The position numbers and the translations under genes are program-made. The notes below the pieces were generated by a model, which worked only from the letters and a program-made list of their open reading frames with translations, did not search any database and was not told where the DNA came from. From NCBI GenBank assembly GCA_030689595.1, contig JAUYHP010000018.1, forward strand, positions 1 through 62,857: a stretch of 62,857 nt of DNA. Direction: 5' to 3'. Position 1 is the first letter of the stretch. Each line of letters opens with the position of its first letter. Shown here in pieces: positions 9,557 through 21,813 of this stretch. This stretch comes from a bacterium (GTDB taxonomy: Bacteria > Patescibacteriota > Minisyncoccia > UBA6257 > WO2-44-18).

Positions 9557-10786
9557 ATGCAACTCTTTCATCTATACCACCATCATCATGCCCGGCAGAA
9601 CTACCCATTAAAGCACATCTCTGATTTTTGGCTATTTGAAATATCGGTTTGGTTACACGTAATCGGCAGATCTTTGATAGCAGTATTTATCCCCATCCTA
9701 TTATTAACTTCGGGTTATCCAATCGGTAGCGTCATTATCTATTATCTTATTTTCAACATCTTCGACACTCCATTAAACTTCTTAGCCGATAAATTAACCC
9801 GAAAACTGGGAGCTCGTTTGGTCGTCACTCTGGGCACTCTTAGCGCAGTGGCATTTTTCATAGCATTATCATTTGCCGATCCCGCTAATTCCTATTTTCT
9901 AGTCGCCTTGGCCGCACTCGCTGCTCTATATGATTCCCTCTATTGGGTGTCTCATATGTATATCTTTATAGAAAGCACGCGCGAATCAGATGATAGCGGT
10001 AAATATACTGGTATTTTCTACAGCATTCGTTATCTCGGTAGTCTTATGGGCCCAGCGGTCGGCGCCCTCATCTTGATATTATTTTCCCAACAAGCACTAA
10101 TAGTCGCCAGCGTGGCTATTTTATTGGTTTCTATTATACCGCTGACGAGAATAAAAAAACTACACGACAAACCTCAAGAAAAATTAGTGCCGCTTAAACA
10201 ATTCCTAAACACACCCAATGAAAAGAAAAATTATTTTACCATGTGGCTTTATGGCATACACAAAGCCAATGAGGGTATCCTGTGGCCACTATTCATATTC
10301 TTGCTATTCGGCACCATTAACTCCGTGGTATGGGTGCCGATCATAATATCGGTGAGTAGCATAATTTTTTCCATGATGGCTGGCCACATTAGGCGGCAAA
10401 ATCGAGAACGCATGATTATATTAGGAAGCGGCGTGGTGGCTATGATCTGGATCCTGCGCCTAGTTTTGGAAACACCTATGTTTTATTACGTCAGCATCTT
10501 TATAGTTGGCCTGTTCTCATTGCTGGTTGATGTGCCTTTGGACAGCAATATCGCTCAACGAGCTAAATCAATGGATTCTCTATCGGCTTCAACTTATCGC
10601 AATCTATTTTCTATGTCATCACGCATAATTCTTTTCGGCTTGTTAGCTCTATTGGTCAATGTTTTCAATGTGAGCTTTATGTTCGCCTCACTAAGTCTGT
10701 TTATAGTACTGGCTCTAAACCAAATTTTCATTAGCAAAAGCAGGGTCCCAATCTCAACCATACCAGCCGAAGCAGTGCCAAAATAA
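9557..10786 (+). CDS. multi-pass membrane transporter (MFS-like)
   Basis: 409 aa with roughly 10-12 hydrophobic helices. No catalytic motifs were recognised. Confidence 0.5.
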   Translation: MQLFHLYHHHHARQNYPLKHISDFWLFEISVWLHVIGRSLIAVFIPILLLTSGYPIGSVIIYYLIFNIFDTPLNFLADKLTRKLGARLVVTLGTLSAVAFFIALSFADPANSYFLVALAALAALYDSLYWVSHMYIFIESTRESDDSGKYTGIFYSIRYLGSLMGPAVGALILILFSQQALIVASVAILLVSIIPLTRIKKLHDKPQEKLVPLKQFLNTPNEKKNYFTMWLYGIHKANEGILWPLFIFLLFGTINSVVWVPIIISVSSIIFSMMAGHIRRQNRERMIILGSGVVAMIWILRLVLETPMFYYVSIFIVGLFSLLVDVPLDSNIAQRAKSMDSLSASTYRNLFSMSSRIILFGLLALLVNVFNVSFMFASLSLFIVLALNQIFISKSRVPISTIPAEAVPK

Positions 10787-10901
10787 AAAAATCCCGCCGA
10801 AGGCGGGACTCCGAATTCGTTTGAAAAAATGGGGGGAAATCAGTGGGACGCGCTTTGCGCCACCCATGCGTCCGTCGGTCAAAAGCCAACGAGTCAAATT
10901 C

Positions 10902-10986
10902 TGGTGCCCAAGGCGGGATTCGAACCCGCATGCCTTTCGGCGCTACCACCTCAAGGTAGTGAGTCTGCCAATTCCTCCACCTGGGC
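10902..10986 (-). tRNA. tRNA-Leu (anticodon GAG), CCA encoded
   Basis: The reverse complement folds with acceptor gcccagg/cttgggc, anticodon arm ctacc-ttGAGgt-ggtag, long variable arm, T arm gcggg-ttcgaat-cccgc, and a terminal acca. Confidence 0.9.
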
Positions 10987-11026
10987 CTATGGATATTATA
11001 CCAAGTCCCGACATTATCCGCCGCGG

Positions 11027-11347
11027 CTAAACTCCGAGCTTCTTGCGGGTTTCTTTCTTGGAACGAGAGCGAATGTAATAGATTTTTGAACGGCCAACTT
11101 TTTTAGGCGAACTTATAATTTCTACCTTATCAATCATTGGCGAATGTACTGGATAGACTTTCTCCACCCCAACTCCGGCAACAGTAGAGCGCACCGTAAA
11201 GCTGGCGCCAGATTCGCTGCCGTGTTTGCGTCCCAAAACTAAGCCCTCGAATCTACTTAATCGAGTTTTGTCTTTTTCTTTTATCTTTTCCCATACACGG
11301 ACTTTAGCTCCGGCTTTTATTCTCTTGGCTATTTCTACTGGAATCAT
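11027..11347 (-). CDS. rplS: 50S ribosomal protein L19
   Basis: 106 aa with an L19-like core (RLSRFEGLVLGRKHGSESGASFTVR...GVEKVYPVHSPMIDKVEI). Confidence 0.9.
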   Translation of the reverse strand: MIPVEIAKRIKAGAKVRVWEKIKEKDKTRLSRFEGLVLGRKHGSESGASFTVRSTVAGVGVEKVYPVHSPMIDKVEIISSPKKVGRSKIYYIRSRSKKETRKKLGV

Positions 11348-11404
11348 GGATTTTATAATAATCTAAAGCTGGGAAAGTTGCAATATATACATTATATTAT
11401 GGTT

Positions 11405-12520
11405 ATGCGCCTACTAATGGATGTTCGCGTCTTGGGGAGCGGCTCTGCTTCTGGGATAGAGGAATATACCAGCAATTTGCTAGATAATATTCTAAATAAT
11501 AATCGAGATCACGAAATCTCACTATTTTATAGTGGCCTTAAAAAAAGACGACTAGATTACCAAGTGCCAATAATAGATGTGCTGGCGCCGAATAAGTTTA
11601 TCGATTTAGCCAGCCGATTCTCAAGTTGGTCGCCAATAGATAAAAAGGCCGATGTTGATGTAGTATTCAGCCCACATTTTAATATACTAAACACTGCCTC
11701 GCCGAGAGTCATCACTTTCCACGACCTTTCGTTCCTACATCATCCCTATTTCTTCTCCGCTAAACAGAAAGTTTGGCATTGGCTACAAGACTATCGACGC
11801 CAGGCCCGACAAGCATCAAAAATTATAGCCGTCTCCGAATTCACAAAAAGTGATTTGATAAACTTTTTAGACGTTGACCCCAAAAAGATCTCCGTAGTTT
11901 ATTCCGGAATAAATCAAGATTTCAAAAAATTGCCCGTTGATAACCATCCTCTGATCGAATTCAAAAAGCGCCACAATTTAAATCGGCCCTTCTTTTTATA
12001 TCTAGGCACATTGGAGCCTAGAAAAAACGTTGTTGGTCTGATAAAAGCCTTTGATATATTAAAGTCTAATCCAACTTACAAAGATTTTCAGTTGATATTA
12101 GCTGGCAAACGAGGGTGGCTTTATAGAGACATTATAAAAACATTCAATAATTCGTCGCATAAAAAAGATATTGTCTTCTGGGGCCCAGTAAAAACTGTGG
12201 ATCGTATATTCTTGTATAATTTAGCTATGGCCTTTGTCTACCCATCCTTCTTTGAAGGATTTGGCTTCCCGCCATTAGAGGCACAGGCTTGCGGCTGCCC
12301 CGTAATAACAGCCGATCGCACTTCTTTACCAGAAGTAATCGGCTCGTCGGGAATATTGATAGACCCTTGGCGCATAGCTGATCTAGCTTCGGCCATGGCA
12401 CAAATTAATGATAAAACTAGCTTGCGCCAGGAAATTGTCCAGAAAGGCATCAAAAACTCACAACGATTTAACTGGACTGCAGCTGCTAAAAAAACATTGA
12501 ATATATTAGCCAATGTCTAA
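11405..12520 (+). CDS. glycosyltransferase family 4 (GT-B)
   Basis: C-terminal EGFGFPPLEAQACGCPVITADRTSLPEV motif. The ATG at 11405 is preferred over the track start at 11378. Confidence 0.85.
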   Translation: MRLLMDVRVLGSGSASGIEEYTSNLLDNILNNNRDHEISLFYSGLKKRRLDYQVPIIDVLAPNKFIDLASRFSSWSPIDKKADVDVVFSPHFNILNTASPRVITFHDLSFLHHPYFFSAKQKVWHWLQDYRRQARQASKIIAVSEFTKSDLINFLDVDPKKISVVYSGINQDFKKLPVDNHPLIEFKKRHNLNRPFFLYLGTLEPRKNVVGLIKAFDILKSNPTYKDFQLILAGKRGWLYRDIIKTFNNSSHKKDIVFWGPVKTVDRIFLYNLAMAFVYPSFFEGFGFPPLEAQACGCPVITADRTSLPEVIGSSGILIDPWRIADLASAMAQINDKTSLRQEIVQKGIKNSQRFNWTAAAKKTLNILANV

Positions 12521-14516
12521 AAAAATATTTCTCGACATCAAGCCGCCTAGTGCCTACCTAGAAGATGAGCGCCAGAAGAAGCTGCCGCAAGAATACGCCA
12601 GCTTTAAAAGGCGGATGCGCCGAGTGCAGCGTTGGAAAAATATTAAAATAACCACGCTGGTGTCGTTAGCTATTGTCTTTACGCTCTCTGGCCTATCATT
12701 CGCCCAGGTGCTGCATTTTAAAAACTCGGCCGAAGCGCGCTTAGTTGATATAAAACAAAACTTCCAAGATTTTGGCAAACACCTATCTGAATTTCAACTT
12801 GTTGACGCTGAACAATCATTGATCGAAGCCAGAACTAAAATTCGTAGCCTAGAACGATCAAGTTATGTTGCTCAATTTTGGGGCTTAGCCGTACCCAAGT
12901 TGAAAAATATTGGAACGACTTTTGATGAATTAAATAATTTAACTACATCTCTGGCCAATATAATCGACGACGTCGGCTATCTTAAAGATCAAACGTTTCA
13001 CCTATTAATAAATAATGGCGGCAGTCAAATCATTGGTAAATTAAAAGAGGTAGCCAGCGAATTAGCCCACATCACTAAAATTGGCGACAACCTAGCGATC
13101 GCGGCTACATCCTTTGGCCAGATAGATAGCCAACCACTGCAAATAACTGATGACTTAAATACCGCACAAAGCTTTTTGACCAGCTTGGTAGATTGGCTAT
13201 CTCAAGATCAGCCACAAAATCTGGTGCTACTTTTCCAAAATCCATCAGAAATACGACCGGCTGGTGGATTTATCGGCAGCTATGCCGAAGTCCAACTAGA
13301 CCGCGCTAGTCTAGTGCAATTAAAAGTTGTCGATATCTATGACCCCGATGGCCAGTTGCCAGTTAAAATAGTTCCACCCAAGCCACTACAATCAATAACC
13401 AACACCTGGGGAGCTCGTGATGCTAATTGGTTTTTCGACTTCCCCGCCTCGGCTAGCAAGGTTCTGCAAATGCTTGAGACATCGAAAATATACCAGGAAC
13501 GCGATATTAAGTTCGCTGGAGCTATAGCTCTCAACGTCAATATTATCGAGAGCATCCTAGAAATCGTCGGGCCAATAGAACTGGCTGAATATGATCTAGT
13601 AATTGACGAACATAATTTTCTAGCAGAGGTTCAGCGCGAAGTGGAAGCTGGCGATGACAAAAAAGCTGGCGAGCCCAAGCGGATATTAAAAGTGTTAACG
13701 CCAATCTTTTTCCAGAAAATGGGGGAGCTTGATGACGGCCAAAAACAAGAATTAATGACTATTCTCAAAGACCATCTGACGGCCAAAGATATTATCATCT
13801 ACTTGAAAGATCCGGCCCTAGAATCCCATTTTCGAACACTCGGCTTGGCTGGTGAAGTATTCCAACCAAATCCAGAATTCAGCGGCGACTATTTGGCTGT
13901 GGTTAACGCCAATATTGCTGGCGGCAAAAGTGACGCCTTTATAAAACAAAGCATTAAGCTATCCAGCCGCATAGATAACGACGGGAATGCAAATAATGAG
14001 CTGACCATAAGCCGCCGACATCAAGGCGAAAATCAAAAAGAGTGGTGGTATAAGGCAACTAATAAAACCTATACACAGATTTTGGTGCCGCCAACTGCTA
14101 AGCTAGCATCAGCTGAGGGAGGCAAATTAAGAACTACGTCCAACTATAGCAAGCGTGATTATGAAACTGACCCCGATGTAAAAAATATTGAAGCCACAGC
14201 CAGCTTGATAAAATCTGAAGCCATTGAAGAATTGATGCAATTCGGCAAAAAAACTTTCGCCACATGGTTAGAGGTGCCTGCTGGCGAAGAAAAAAAATTA
14301 GTTATCAATTATAAGGTGGCTGGCGCGCTAGAGGTGAATGATGGCGTGAAATACGCTTTTGTTTTTGATAAACAATCAGGCGTGGAGAGTAATTTAGAAA
14401 TCGTCATCGAAGCGCCACTAGGCTATAAATGGCTTGAAAGCAAATCGGCCTTTTTCACCTATAAAAACAGCGAATTACCGACTAGGGTGATGATAAGTTT
14501 GACATTGACCCGATAA
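12513..14516 (+). CDS. DUF4012 domain protein (N-terminal TM anchor)
   Basis: 667 aa with a single TM near residue 45. The central NPSEIRPAGGFIGSYAEV motif is as I remember it for DUF4012. It overlaps the GT4 stop by 8 nt. Confidence 0.65.
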   Translation: MSKKIFLDIKPPSAYLEDERQKKLPQEYASFKRRMRRVQRWKNIKITTLVSLAIVFTLSGLSFAQVLHFKNSAEARLVDIKQNFQDFGKHLSEFQLVDAEQSLIEARTKIRSLERSSYVAQFWGLAVPKLKNIGTTFDELNNLTTSLANIIDDVGYLKDQTFHLLINNGGSQIIGKLKEVASELAHITKIGDNLAIAATSFGQIDSQPLQITDDLNTAQSFLTSLVDWLSQDQPQNLVLLFQNPSEIRPAGGFIGSYAEVQLDRASLVQLKVVDIYDPDGQLPVKIVPPKPLQSITNTWGARDANWFFDFPASASKVLQMLETSKIYQERDIKFAGAIALNVNIIESILEIVGPIELAEYDLVIDEHNFLAEVQREVEAGDDKKAGEPKRILKVLTPIFFQKMGELDDGQKQELMTILKDHLTAKDIIIYLKDPALESHFRTLGLAGEVFQPNPEFSGDYLAVVNANIAGGKSDAFIKQSIKLSSRIDNDGNANNELTISRRHQGENQKEWWYKATNKTYTQILVPPTAKLASAEGGKLRTTSNYSKRDYETDPDVKNIEATASLIKSEAIEELMQFGKKTFATWLEVPAGEEKKLVINYKVAGALEVNDGVKYAFVFDKQSGVESNLEIVIEAPLGYKWLESKSAFFTYKNSELPTRVMISLTLTR

Positions 14517-14571
14517 GTAGCTACGCTGTCTGTAGGTTTTTGGTCCTTTAAAATAACTCAAGGAGTAGTTG

Positions 14572-14958
14572 ATGAAAAATCAACGAGGATTCAATCTCAT
14601 CAAACTTTTAATTGTTGTGGGCGGCTTAGCGATCATTGCAATAATTGGTTCATTAATAAGCCCCATAAAGTCTAGAGAAGCTGCGAATCTTTCTTCTGAA
14701 ACTGTTGCGACGGCTGTGCATACAACAGTAACTAACGCAGTAGACAGTGCCGAAACTGTTGGCAACAATACTTATATCATCATCTGGCAACACGGCATGC
14801 CTCACAATCAGCGCCAGCTCATCCTGGAAACAATGAGGGCCTTCGAAGAGTCGCATCCAGGTCTGGAAGTTTTAGATTGGCGTGTCGAGACCAAGCAAGC
14901 GGACTATACGAATAGAAAGTTTATTTATGGCCTCTGGGTCCATCATCGCCCACAGTAA
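14572..14958 (+). CDS. prepilin-type N-terminal domain protein (pilin-like)
   Basis: MKNQRG/FNLIKLLIVVGGLAIIAII resembles a class III signal peptide. An AAGGAG SD lies 6 nt upstream of ATG 14572, and a terminator hairpin follows at 14966-14992. Confidence 0.5.
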   Translation: MKNQRGFNLIKLLIVVGGLAIIAIIGSLISPIKSREAANLSSETVATAVHTTVTNAVDSAETVGNNTYIIIWQHGMPHNQRQLILETMRAFEESHPGLEVLDWRVETKQADYTNRKFIYGLWVHHRPQ

Positions 14959-14995
14959 AATTTATCCCCGTCCGCCAGCTGGCGAGCGGGGGTTT

Positions 14996-15763
14996 TTATA
15001 TACTATCCAAAAAAGTTTTCAAATCCTCCGGTAAATCAGCGCCGATCTTTAACCGACTACCACCAGGCGTAGTGAACTCTATCGATTCAGCATGTAAAAA
15101 CTGACGCTCTATGCCTTTGATGTCTCTGCGCCCATAGAGCTTATCTCCTACAATCGGATGCCCGATAGAAATCAAATGCACTCTGATCTGGTGCGTTCGT
15201 CCAGTTCTCGGCGTAACCGAAACCAGAGTGAATTGACCATTACTATCCTTTGGCGTTTTGGAGCCTTGCTCAGTCCCGTCAGATTTAGGGCCAAGATATT
15301 TTACCACTTTATAATCAGTCACTGCCGTCTTAGACATTTTTTGCGAACGCGTACTGCGTTTGGTAGTTCCGCCGACGATTCCTAGCGGCTTATCGATGGT
15401 GCCGGAGCGTTGTTTTATATGGCCATGAACCAGCGCCAGATAAGTTTTAGTGATCTGGCGCGTCTGAAAAAGATTTTTTAAATAGTCAAAAGAGTCCTGA
15501 TTGCGAGCGATGATCATAACGCCCGAAGTATCTTTATCTAATCGATGTACTATGCCCGGACGCACAGCTGGATCGTCGCCAACCACCTGAACTTCCGGAA
15601 AATTCTTAACCAACCAGTCAATTATAGTTGCCTGATCCCCTTTGTGCTTAGTGGGGGCTGGATGTACTAATAAGCCAGCCGGCTTATTGATCACCAGAAG
15701 ATCATCGTCTTTGTATAATATCTCGATATCTATATTAGACATATTGTGCTTATTAAACCTCAT
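14996..15763 (-). CDS. RluA-family pseudouridine synthase
   Basis: HRLDKDTSGVMIIA catalytic Asp motif, plus a C-terminal HQIRVH motif. Confidence 0.9.
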   Translation of the reverse strand: MRFNKHNMSNIDIEILYKDDDLLVINKPAGLLVHPAPTKHKGDQATIIDWLVKNFPEVQVVGDDPAVRPGIVHRLDKDTSGVMIIARNQDSFDYLKNLFQTRQITKTYLALVHGHIKQRSGTIDKPLGIVGGTTKRSTRSQKMSKTAVTDYKVVKYLGPKSDGTEQGSKTPKDSNGQFTLVSVTPRTGRTHQIRVHLISIGHPIVGDKLYGRRDIKGIERQFLHAESIEFTTPGGSRLKIGADLPEDLKTFLDSI

Positions 15764-16110
15764 TGCCCCTTAAAATAGAAGACCCCCGATAGTCATCGGA
15801 GGGCTTCTATAGAGTTAAAGGTTGTCCAGAATAATAGTTGTTGCGGATAGGATATTAGACTGATCGTGAGGGGGTCAATCTACTATCCTTACATCTGATA
15901 TAACACCGGCCCCAAAAGGTTGGTTTCGCGCAATGGCGGTAAATAAAATCCCCCGCCTATGGCGGGGGCTGTATAATTATTTTACTGGCTTGGCGGTGGA
16001 TAGGGCTCGAGCACCCATTGTCTACCGGGCCTATAGGCACGAACGGCTGCTGTGCCTGCAGGGAAATCGTTGTCCCAATAAATAATGCGCAAACTCTGTC
16101 AAGCCAGCAA

Positions 16111-16443
16111 TTATCTCCTCTTAAAATATATAGCTAAAGCACGCCCCAGATCCCTCAAAACTAGCGCACCCAGTCCTAAAACCAAAAGAATAGCTACCTG
16201 CACCAGTGGATTGGTGCCCAAAAAAGCATTGAAAAGATATTTCAAAAAGGCCCAATAGGTTGCATCCCCTAGTTGGCCAATTGCCGCATTTTTTAAAACT
16301 TCGGATACAAAAACTTTATGTGCAAATATTTTTAAACCTAATGCTGCCACCAAAACCTGTACCAACATCAACGGCAAAATTCGGCGCACAAACCAAATGG
16401 CATATATTCTCCAAAATAAACGGCTCTTGATGGTAGGATTCAT
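16111..16443 (-). CDS. small membrane protein, possible anti-sigma partner
   Basis: 110 aa with three hydrophobic helices. Its start overlaps the sigma-factor stop (ATGA). Confidence 0.4.
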   Translation of the reverse strand: MNPTIKSRLFWRIYAIWFVRRILPLMLVQVLVAALGLKIFAHKVFVSEVLKNAAIGQLGDATYWAFLKYLFNAFLGTNPLVQVAILLVLGLGALVLRDLGRALAIYFKRR

Positions 16444-17027
16444 GCTTCGGTACTTATTTTATAAAATAGTTTTTTAGCTCGAAACAATCGCATCTTCAAT
16501 GTCGCAGTAGTAATATCCTCAATCTCGCAAATATCTTTGTACGACTTGTCTTCTAAATAGTATAACCTCAATACCTTGGCTAAATGTTCCGGCATTTTAT
16601 CTATTACTAGCGCCACGGCTGCCTTGGCATCGCTAATATCGGCTAGATCCCGGCCATCTTCACCTGACGGCATCTCATGATGGACTAATGGATCTAAATA
16701 TTCTTCCTTGCCAAATTTCTTTTTCAAATCTTGGTAATGAGTAAAAGAAGTATTCATCAGAATTTTATAGGCCCAGCTTTTGAAAGCAATGCCCGGCTTC
16801 TTTTCAAACTTGTGGCCATATTTATATATTTTAACGAAGGCCTCCTGGACTATGTCCTCGGCCTCCTCTCGGCTTCTGACTACGCCCATAACTTTGCGCA
16901 AAAAAGCGGCCTGATATTTATCAACCAATATAGAAAAATGAGACGGGTCCTTGAGGGACAGCTTCAAAACCTCCTCATCAGGAAGCTCCGAAGCCGAATC
17001 TTGTTTTTTATCTTCAATCTCCTTCAT
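16440..17027 (-). CDS. RNA polymerase sigma factor, ECF/sigma-70 group 4
   Basis: 195 aa with a region 2-like segment (EAEDIVQEAFVKIY) and a region 4 HTH (YKDICEIEDITTATLKMRLFRAKK). Confidence 0.8.
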   Translation of the reverse strand: MKEIEDKKQDSASELPDEEVLKLSLKDPSHFSILVDKYQAAFLRKVMGVVRSREEAEDIVQEAFVKIYKYGHKFEKKPGIAFKSWAYKILMNTSFTHYQDLKKKFGKEEYLDPLVHHEMPSGEDGRDLADISDAKAAVALVIDKMPEHLAKVLRLYYLEDKSYKDICEIEDITTATLKMRLFRAKKLFYKISTEA

Positions 17028-17110
17028 AAATTAATGCCTTGGGATTATATAAAAATCACAATCTCTAATGCCAATAATCTAACACAACTGGCTATGATTG
17101 GCAATTTATT

Positions 17111-17141
17111 AAATAAAAACTCCCGAGTGTTAAGTCGGGAG
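17111..17141 (-). terminator. intrinsic terminator/attenuator in the leader of the ECF sigma operon
   Basis: On the minus strand, ctcccga-cttaaca-tcgggag is followed by TTTTTATTT. It lies 84 nt upstream of the sigma-factor start. Confidence 0.5.
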
Positions 17142-17225
17142 CTCGCTTACCAATAAAAACATGGGCCATGCCTCCTCTAGGCAACTGGTTGTGAAAGGAC
17201 TGCCGAGTTAAATCAACCTTAAGCC

Positions 17226-17253
17226 ATTCTACCACATGGTTTATAATTGTCAA
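17226..17253 (-). promoter_or_regulatory. sigma70-like promoter (minus strand)
   Basis: On the minus strand, TTGACA (17253-17248), a 16-nt spacer, then TAGAAT (17231-17226). Confidence 0.5.
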
Positions 17254-17352
17254 CCCGCTGTGCGCTCAGCGCCCACCGACTCTCTCAATTCAAAGCAACC
17301 ATACTTTACACCTCATATATGATGTTGTTAATCTTTGATAAGGCACATTTGG

Positions 17353-17414
17353 CCTCGACCGAAGCGTCGGCTCTCAATGGTAGAGCGGTCCGATGTCCAT
17401 CGGACCGGTCGGAG
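17353..17414 (+). other. tRNA-like relic lacking a T arm
   Basis: It carries a D-arm-like gctc-tcaatggta-gagc and an extended hairpin ggtccgatg-tc-catcggacc. It shares GCTC..TGGTAGAGCG and GGTCGGAG with the tRNA-Val 28 nt downstream. Confidence 0.35.
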
Positions 17415-17441
17415 CACTTTGTTTGTCTAATATTATGATAT

Positions 17442-17516
17442 GCGCGTTTAGCTCAGTGGTAGAGCGTTTCATTGACATTGAAAAGGTCGGAGGTTCAATC
17501 CCTCCAACGCGCACCA
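17442..17516 (+). tRNA. tRNA-Val (anticodon GAC), CCA encoded
   Basis: 75-nt cloverleaf: acceptor gcgcgtt/aacgcgc, anticodon arm tttca-ttGACat-tgaaa, and T arm ggagg-ttcaatc-cctcc. Confidence 0.9.
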
Positions 17517-17560
17517 AATTGGACTTCGTGATTTTTTGGCCGATTCTTGTCGGAGTATTT

Positions 17561-18922
17561 TTATAGAAGTCTCTCGGGCAATTCGGCGGCTAAGCCAATA
17601 TAGGTAGCTGGCGTTAGTTTATAAAGTCCCGATTTCTCCCATTCGGGGATATTTAGTTCACTGATTATTTTGCCCACAATATCTTGAGTAACTAATTTGC
17701 CCTGCATTGATTTTTTAACATTCTCATAGGCATCGTCTTGACCATGCTTGCGCAAGATCGTTTGGATGGCTTCACCCAATACCTCCCAATGACTATCTAA
17801 TTCTCCATTCAAAAAATTTTTATCAACTTTCAGCTTAGCCAATCCCTTCAATACATTTTTATACGCCAGCAATGAATGTGCCAACGGCGCCCCTTGGTTC
17901 CGTATTACTGTACTATGACTTAAATCACGCTGCATTCTGGAAATAGGTAGGGTTGCGGCCAAATGCCCCAGAACAACATTGGCCATACCTAAATTGCCCT
18001 CGGCATTTTCAAAATCTATAGGATTAATTTTATGCGGCATGGTACTAGAGCCGACGACTCTACCTTCAACAGATTGGATAAATATGCCACGGCTAATATA
18101 TAACCACATATCCCTAACGAGATCGATTAAAATTGTGTTTATTCTCTGGATGGCATGGCAACCTTCGGCTAGAGAATCGTAAGACTCCACTTGAGTGCTT
18201 AATAATTTTGGCTGTAGCCCAAATTGATTAATTAATTTACTACTAAAATTCACCCAATCAATTTTCGGGTGAGCTATGACATGCGCCCCCCAAGTACCAG
18301 TCGCGCCGCTAAACTTGGCCTGCAATTGCAAAGATGCTAACTGTTTAATTTGTCTATTTAATCTTTCAACATAAACTCCAAATTCTTTACCAAGAGTAGT
18401 CGGCGTAGCTGGTTGACCATGCGTCATGGCAAGCATAGCTTGTTTAGCGTGGCGCCTAGCCAGCATTGCTAGCTTTCTATTGACCTTATCAATCTGTGGC
18501 AAATATACTTTAGTAATTGCATCTCGCCAAGCCAAAGAATAACTTATATTATTTATATCTTCCGAAGTCAGAGCGAAATGAACCCAAGTTGTCAGCACAG
18601 CGCAAGAAGTATTCTTGAGCTTATCACGCAAAAAATATTCAATCGCTTTTACATCATGACGAGTGGTGCGCTCAATCTGCTTAACAGCTACTGCGTCGGC
18701 CGAAGAAAAACGAACATAAATATTCCTAAGAGTATTTATATCTTTTTTCGATATTTTTTTAGGTAATTTTAATCTACGATCACAAGCTAGAGCTATCAGG
18801 TATTCCACCTCCACCATCAAACGATACTTAATCAATGCCGCTTCAGAAAAAAACTTAGACAATCCACCTGTTTCCGAGGCGTAGCGTCCATCAATTGGCG
18901 ATATGTTGTTTAAATAGTCCAT
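17561..18922 (-). CDS. purB: adenylosuccinate lyase
   Basis: 453 aa with the fumarate-lyase signature GSSTMPHKINP and an N-terminal SPIDGRY motif. Confidence 0.9.
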   Translation of the reverse strand: MDYLNNISPIDGRYASETGGLSKFFSEAALIKYRLMVEVEYLIALACDRRLKLPKKISKKDINTLRNIYVRFSSADAVAVKQIERTTRHDVKAIEYFLRDKLKNTSCAVLTTWVHFALTSEDINNISYSLAWRDAITKVYLPQIDKVNRKLAMLARRHAKQAMLAMTHGQPATPTTLGKEFGVYVERLNRQIKQLASLQLQAKFSGATGTWGAHVIAHPKIDWVNFSSKLINQFGLQPKLLSTQVESYDSLAEGCHAIQRINTILIDLVRDMWLYISRGIFIQSVEGRVVGSSTMPHKINPIDFENAEGNLGMANVVLGHLAATLPISRMQRDLSHSTVIRNQGAPLAHSLLAYKNVLKGLAKLKVDKNFLNGELDSHWEVLGEAIQTILRKHGQDDAYENVKKSMQGKLVTQDIVGKIISELNIPEWEKSGLYKLTPATYIGLAAELPERLL

Positions 18923-18924
18923 GT

Positions 18925-21668
<2,744 letters not shown>

Positions 21669-21813
21669 AAAATTTATAAATTATTCAGGCCGTCCGCTCA
21701 CACAACAGTTCTAATTATATCACGAAGGGCGACTAGTGGCTGTTAATAAAGACTGGATAAAAAATACCCCCGACAAAATGTCGGGGGGCTATTCACATTA
21801 TTTTCAATCGCTC

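Noticed and set aside
10731-11089. ORFs 10731-10949(-), 10821-11030(+) and 10829-11089(+).
   Set aside because: They overlap tRNA-Leu(GAG), a terminator and the rplS 3' end, and show no coding features.
15764-16110. The 347-nt gap between the RluA-family gene and the anti-sigma-like gene as an sRNA or SRP RNA locus.
   Set aside because: It contains two terminator-like hairpins (about 15778-15810 and 15949-15971) and some local stems, but I could not define a convincing promoter and found no recognisable family motif. It is probably 3' UTR and terminator sequence of the sigma operon. It could be rechecked with cmscan.
21669-21813. A riboswitch or leader in front of the guaB-purA-purB operon (purine), in front of glmS (28681-28712, glmS ribozyme), or T-box leaders for leuS, metG and tyrS.
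   Set aside because: The upstream spacers are too short (12-90 nt) and lack the conserved cores (purine three-way junction, glmS ribozyme core, T-box AGGGUGGUACCGCG-like sequence).
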